Of a DNA stretch of 64,000 nucleotides, positions 58,981 to 64,000 are shown piece by piece. The DNA lies in contig CAJINV010000003.1 of NCBI GenBank assembly GCA_905178155.1, forward strand, positions 10,051,979-10,115,978, in the 5' to 3' direction. Origin of the DNA: Amoebophrya sp. A120 (lineage: Eukaryota > Protista > Dinoflagellata). The position numbers and the translations under genes were made by a program. The notes under the pieces were generated by a model. It was not told the origin of the DNA, ran no database searches, and worked only from the letters and a program-made list of their open reading frames with translations. Numbering within the stretch: the first letter of the stretch is position 1; every line of letters starts with the position of its first letter.

Positions 58981-60927
58981 CTGTGCTGCAGAAATAATTG
59001 CCGCCGTGCCTAGGACTGTCGCGCTCGCGGACACCGTCACACCTTCTACGTAAGCGGGCCGCCGGCGCCGCTATGAAAAATAAGAACGCCAGGCCGCAAA
59101 ATCGGCCGGGGGGGCGCATACTTTTCGCGCACCCACTTGGGCCGAGGGCTGCGGACATAGCGAACAGAGGGGGCGCGATGGTGCGGCCGAGCGATGGACC
59201 AGGTTACCCCGGAGCCGTCCGAGCACAGCGGCGCGCATATGCGGGCGGCTGCGGGTGGGCCGCACCCGGCCGCCGGGGCGGGGGGGCCTGCGGCAAGGTG
59301 TTCGCGCTTCGCTAAGTCCTCGCGGGCTTCCTTGGTTCACGCCGGGGGCGCGCGGCATCTTGGAGGGGCCCCGCCCGCAATGCCTACGCAAGAAACGCCA
59401 GCAGCCCGGCCACTTGCCCACCGGTCGGGGGCCCGAAAGGGGCGGGGCATTTGGGCAGCCTTCCCCGCCTTCCGGGGCCGAGAGCGGCCTCAAATAAGAT
59501 GAAGGGCTGGCAGGCCTGACGCCCTGCGCAGCGAGCCTGGTGGCTGTTGGTTTCACATACCTCGCGGCGCCTGGCCGCCGTCCGGGCGGTGCCAGCCTGG
59601 GTTCGTCTATCGTGTGGGCGGCAGCACCCAAGTCGCCGGGCCTTCAGAGCTGAAGGCCCCGCCCGCCCGCCGTGATGTTGATTCAAGTCCTGTCGTCCGA
59701 GGTGCTGCAACAAGTCTGGCGGCGCGGGCGTAGCCTCCCAAGCGAGTGCGTCCGTGCGCCCTTGTAGCCGCGGTGGGGTCGTGCGGGCGTGCTTGCTTTC
59801 GAATTTGCCTAAGTATTGCCCCTGGTCTGTTGGAATGCGCGCGCGTCAAGTTCAAGCGCGCGGCCTCTGTTTCTTTGGGCGGCGCCTATGAACCCACACA
59901 GCGTTGCCTGCGACCTCGGCCCGGGACGGTGGTTTCTCCGATGGCGATCGCGGCCCCCTTTGCTTGTATCCTGTCGCGCCCCCGCCCTTGACCGTCAGGC
60001 ATCGGCGGGACATATTGAGTGGCTCACACGCTGGAGGAGGTGAGCCGGTGGAGACACTGAGACAGACGCGGCTGCAGATTCCCAGGGATGGCGTGGCAGT
60101 CGTCTCGACAGGGGAAGATGCCTCTAGGCCATTTCTTTGCTTTCTATTCTCTTGGTTCTTTTTTCTGCCCCGGGCCTGCTCTTGGTTCCTGCGCCTGCGC
60201 CTCTCGTGAGGCAGGCGCCCTGGCTTTCGTTGGGCTGCCAGGTTTGAGCACGGTTTTGCTTAGTTTTGCCGCGGCGCGCGTGCATGTGCTCTGGCGGCTA
60301 CGTGCCGCCGCCCTTCCAGGGGTATAGGGTAGCGCATACCCCCAGAGCCAAAGGCTTTGCGGCCCAACCCCCGCCGCCCTTCCAGGGGTGAGGCTTGCTG
60401 GCCCAATCCCCGCCCCGCCACTTCTGAAAGGCGTGCGCGGTGATGTGCATCAGCGTGGGGGCGTGTGCTCGCTCACGCCCAAAGCAGCCCGCGCAGCCCT
60501 CCTAGGGGATGAGTTGGTTGGCGGCATCCACTGGCCCGCGAAAGGACGAAGGCAATACAATATTGGCGCTTGCACCTGCCTAATCGCTACAATTTAACAG
60601 CAACTCGCGTGGGCATGTGATAGGTTTTTGTATTTTCAATCTGCGAGAGGGAGAGCATTTGGAGCGAAGCTCCAAGAGCAAGCACAAAAAGGGCCCATCG
60701 CAACAAGATATTTGGGCAGGTGAGAAGTGATTGCTTCTGCGATCATTTTGATTTTTGATAAATAGTATGGTAGACAGTCACTCGCTCGCCTGAAGAAGCG
60801 AGCACACAATTGATTTTTGTAGACGTCTAACTCCAAGTCCAAGCAATGCCAATGAAGTGCACACGTAAACCTACTCGCAAAAAGACTAGCCACGTATGAT
60901 GCGCCTTTGGAAGTGTGAAACAAAATT

Positions 60928-61868
60928 CAATTACTCCGCTAGATCGGAAAACAAAAAAAAAAGCCAGAACAGGAGTTCAAAAATAAAAAACGAAAAGCCA
61001 GGGCCAGAAGCAGCTCCGTCCCGTTTGCGGTTGCGGTTGTAAGCAGATCTTCACTGCTGTTGCAAGCAGTTTTTGCGATTGTAAAGCGTATGCGCGGCTG
61101 TGCTAGCAGCTGCGAGCAGTTTTTGCGGCTGGAGTGGTTTTTGCGCCACTTTTCTGCATGCCACGGCTTTCATTCTTCGTGAAAAATTGTGGGTAGGTCT
61201 CCACAGGCGAGACGAGTCCCTTCCTTTTCCACTCGACGCAGGCACTGAGTGCCGAGATCGTTTTGCTTAGGCTTGTTTGCTTCCCGCCAGCGCTTCAAGA
61301 CTTTGAAAGCCTGGGGCGTCGTTCTTCCTTCCAGCGCCGCGTGCGCTTTTTTCAGCCAGCTTTGACGGCCTTGCCTCGCTCCTATTTTTGCTGCTTGCGG
61401 AATTCAAAAGGTTTGCAAGTTCTTCTGGTGGCCCTCACCTTCAAGCTTTGCCGTTCCTTTGGCTTTCAACTTTCAATTTTGGACTTTAGTTTTTACCTTG
61501 AGTTTTTGCTTTTGCTTTTATTTTTTACCCGTAGCTTTTTTAGTTTTTCTTTCTACTTTTAGTTTCTTGTAGTCTTTGCTTTGTTTTGGCTTTTGCTTTT
61601 AGCTGTTACTTCTAGTTTTTGCGGTTACTTTTAGTCTTCTTGTAGCGTTTTCTTTTAGTTTTTACTAGAAATCTCTGCTTTGCTCTCAGTTTCTACTTTT
61701 GGTTTTTACTTTTAGTCTTTTCTTCTAGTTTTTACTTTTACTTTTAGTTTTTACTTTTAGTTTTTTCCTTTTTTGCAAGGCTTTTCCTTTTGCGTTTGGT
61801 TTTTTGCTTTAAGCTTTTGCTTTTGGTTTTATATTTTTGGCTCTTACCTTATGGCTGCGGAGTAATTG
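60928..61868. mobile_element. TIR element with A-rich left arm and (TTTTAG/TTTTAC)-type hexamer right arm
   Basis: Perfect 12-bp IR caattactccgc / gcggagtaattg. Low-complexity T-rich tract at ~61470-61840. No clear TSD. Confidence 0.65.
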
Positions 61869-61986
61869 TTTGGCCATCACGACTTTAGTCTTGGCAAGGG
61901 ATAGACTAATGCCAGCTGGCACGCGTTAGCGTTCTATGAATTCGCGGCCGAGGCCAAGAGTGTTCCAAGTGTGTGCGTATAGTCGT

Positions 61987-62795
61987 CGCATGATGTAGAA
62001 AGGCTCCCCGTCTTTGACGTCGCAAACTGGCCCCATTGGGAAGCGGGGGCCGAAATGGTGCAACTTCGAGCCTTTCGCATGTGAGTAAAGATAAAAAGCA
62101 AGAAGGAAACCAACACAAAGCGGCGAGCCACTTCGTTTTTAAATTGCGCAAAGAACCGCCGCGCCGCAAGCCGTGGCGCAGACCGTTGCGCCTGAAAATG
62201 CGGCGCGCCGGAAAGGGCTGCTAGGGGGTAGGTTTTAGAGTAGGCAGCCAAAAAGCCTGCGCGCCGTGCAGCAATAATGTTATGGGCGAGACGGGTATAA
62301 GGCGCGCCAGGAGCGTCGTATTCTTCCGCTGCAGGGTAGAAATTTTCCTCGTGATCGTCTCCCGGAGTGATCGTCCGCTACACTATCGCTCCACTTCCTG
62401 CGGGCCAACGGAGAGTGGGGTGGTACTTTGGTGAGGCACAGGCACTTCGCGACTTTTGATTGCGCCCGGAATGGTAACGCAGTGAATTCTCACTCCATAT
62501 CCCCCGCTGCCCAACCACCACGGGAAATGTATTGATAACGCACTGAATCACCAGCCCAGCAAAAGTCTGAGCCTCCAGCTCCGTCGCCGAAAGGGGCGTC
62601 GCCGCCGCTTGAGGTTTCGCTAGCCAGCGGGAGGGCGTATTGCGTTATCACTGCATCAAGTAAGAACGTCACTCCGAACCCGGAACGCGAGCGAGAAAGT
62701 GGAGCGATAAAGTAACTCAATGAGGTGCTATTCCGGGGAAAAATCCCACTTCCGGAGTTGCGACTTTTTCCCGGAGTGATTCCACAACGTGCTAG
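61987..62795. repeat. Dispersed ~810-bp repeat (empty copy)
   Basis: Colinear with 43150-43584 + 44304-44676. Confidence 0.88.
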
Positions 62796-64000
62796 CGATT
62801 TATTTATTTCCCCGTCTCGGGAAAATAAAGATAAGCTCCCTGCTGAATCGTGCCTGCGCTAGCTTTCTCCTTCCGTAGCGATAATTCCGAGAACAAAAAC
62901 GGCACTCCGGCAGAAGTGTAGTGACAAATCCGTAGCCCGGCAAAAACGTCACTCCGGAGCCGAGTTTTTTGCTAGAGTGGTAATTCAGTGGACTAGCGCT
63001 CCGCCTTTAGTTGGCCAACGGGAAGCAGAGTGATGCTTCGTTGAACGATCACATCGGCAAAAAGGCCACCCCGGAAGTAAGACTTTTGCAGGAGTGGCAA
63101 CTCAGCGGAACGTCAACACGAAGACCAGACTTCGCGCAGAATGGCACTCCCAGGGGTTCTTACTCCTCGGGAGGCCGGATTGTGAGCGCGTGCGGAGGCG
63201 GGCACGCTGCTCGCCAGTGCTCGCTGAAAGTGAGCGTTGACGGGAAAGAAAGGCGGTCGCGACTTTTCGGCGGCCTTCGCTTCGCCCTTTGGCCCGGAGC
63301 AAAAAGGGTCGCAGCGGTGAAGGCTGCTCCTGATGGCGTGGCCTGGCGCCTGACGGCCGTTCTTTCGTTCTCTTTTCGGGTCCCGCGCGCCCTCTTCCCC
63401 GCCGGGCAAAATTTCCGCCGTCGATTTCTATTAAGGGCTCCGAGTCGCAAAAGAGCTCGCAAGAATTCCATCGGGAGGCACTTCAAAGGAAAAAGGTGAC
63501 AAAGCCCGACCTGAAGCCGCCTTGACGTCTCCTTTTCGTCAGAAACTATTGTGGATTACGGATTTCAGATTCAGGAAAAGGGCAAAAAGAGTGCCCACCT
63601 CTAGACGTTTTAGTCTCCTTCTTTTGGTCTCTTTGCTCCACTGGTTTTTGTCAAGTTGGTGCTAGTCTATAGCTCCTCTGGGTATTCCCCCTCGCTAGTT
63701 ATGGGCGAATAGTCCCGCAACTGCTCGGCCCCTTTTTCGGAGGACTCAAGAAACGGGGACTCCTTGCCGGAATATGACAGAGACCTGAACTATGCCTCAG
63801 TTGTATGATGCTTTTTTGTGTAATTGTAGATAGAAAATCATGCGTGCCATTAGTCCAGCTCTCCTCTCTTCGTCGCTCTCACTTCTCCTGCTGTTTTCCT
63901 TTTATCTTGGAATCCTGCCGTCGAGTAGTGGAGAGGCCGCGCGGTCCTGTGCGATACTTTGGCAGACTGACGAAGCAGCTCGAGCGTCTACCCTGGCGGC

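Noticed and set aside
61470-61840. Interstitial telomere or Lys-rich protein
   Set aside because: The units are TTTTAG/TTTTAC, not TTTAGGG, and no long ORF spans the tract on the minus strand.

Overview
GC-rich, repeat-dense eukaryotic DNA of the dinoflagellate lineage. A perfect 22-nt dinoflagellate spliced leader (TCCGTAGCCATTTTGGCTCAAG) lies at 11885-11906, and the long exons with few kb-sized introns suggest a Syndiniales/Amoebophrya-like genome (inference). Most ORFs in the supplied track are artefacts of GC-rich repeats. Three multi-exon genes on the + strand can be reconstructed, mostly with GT-AG introns: an M3A-type zinc oligopeptidase (8226-11316), an Era/ERAL1 GTPase (~36110-42691) and a GT25-like + GT31-like double glycosyltransferase (47763-53356). 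A fourth, unknown CDS (30891-32522) is split by a mobile element. The rest is a nested set of non-autonomous mobile elements: (i) a ~0.7-0.9 kb family (>=6 copies) with asymmetric sub-terminal inverted repeats, a 3' hairpin and an NGTA junction repeat, with a filled/empty site pair inside the window and one copy whose removal restores a CDS (possible introner); (ii) an SL-headed tandem retro-concatemer carrying a nested (TAA)n-tailed retro-insert with a 16-bp TSD; (iii) two TIR elements loaded with GGATCC and hairpin minisatellites; (iv) a 2-kb TIR element with a 6-bp TSD; (v) foldback elements; and (vi) weak tyrosine-recombinase remnants. Family assignments rest on motif recognition by eye; no database search was run.
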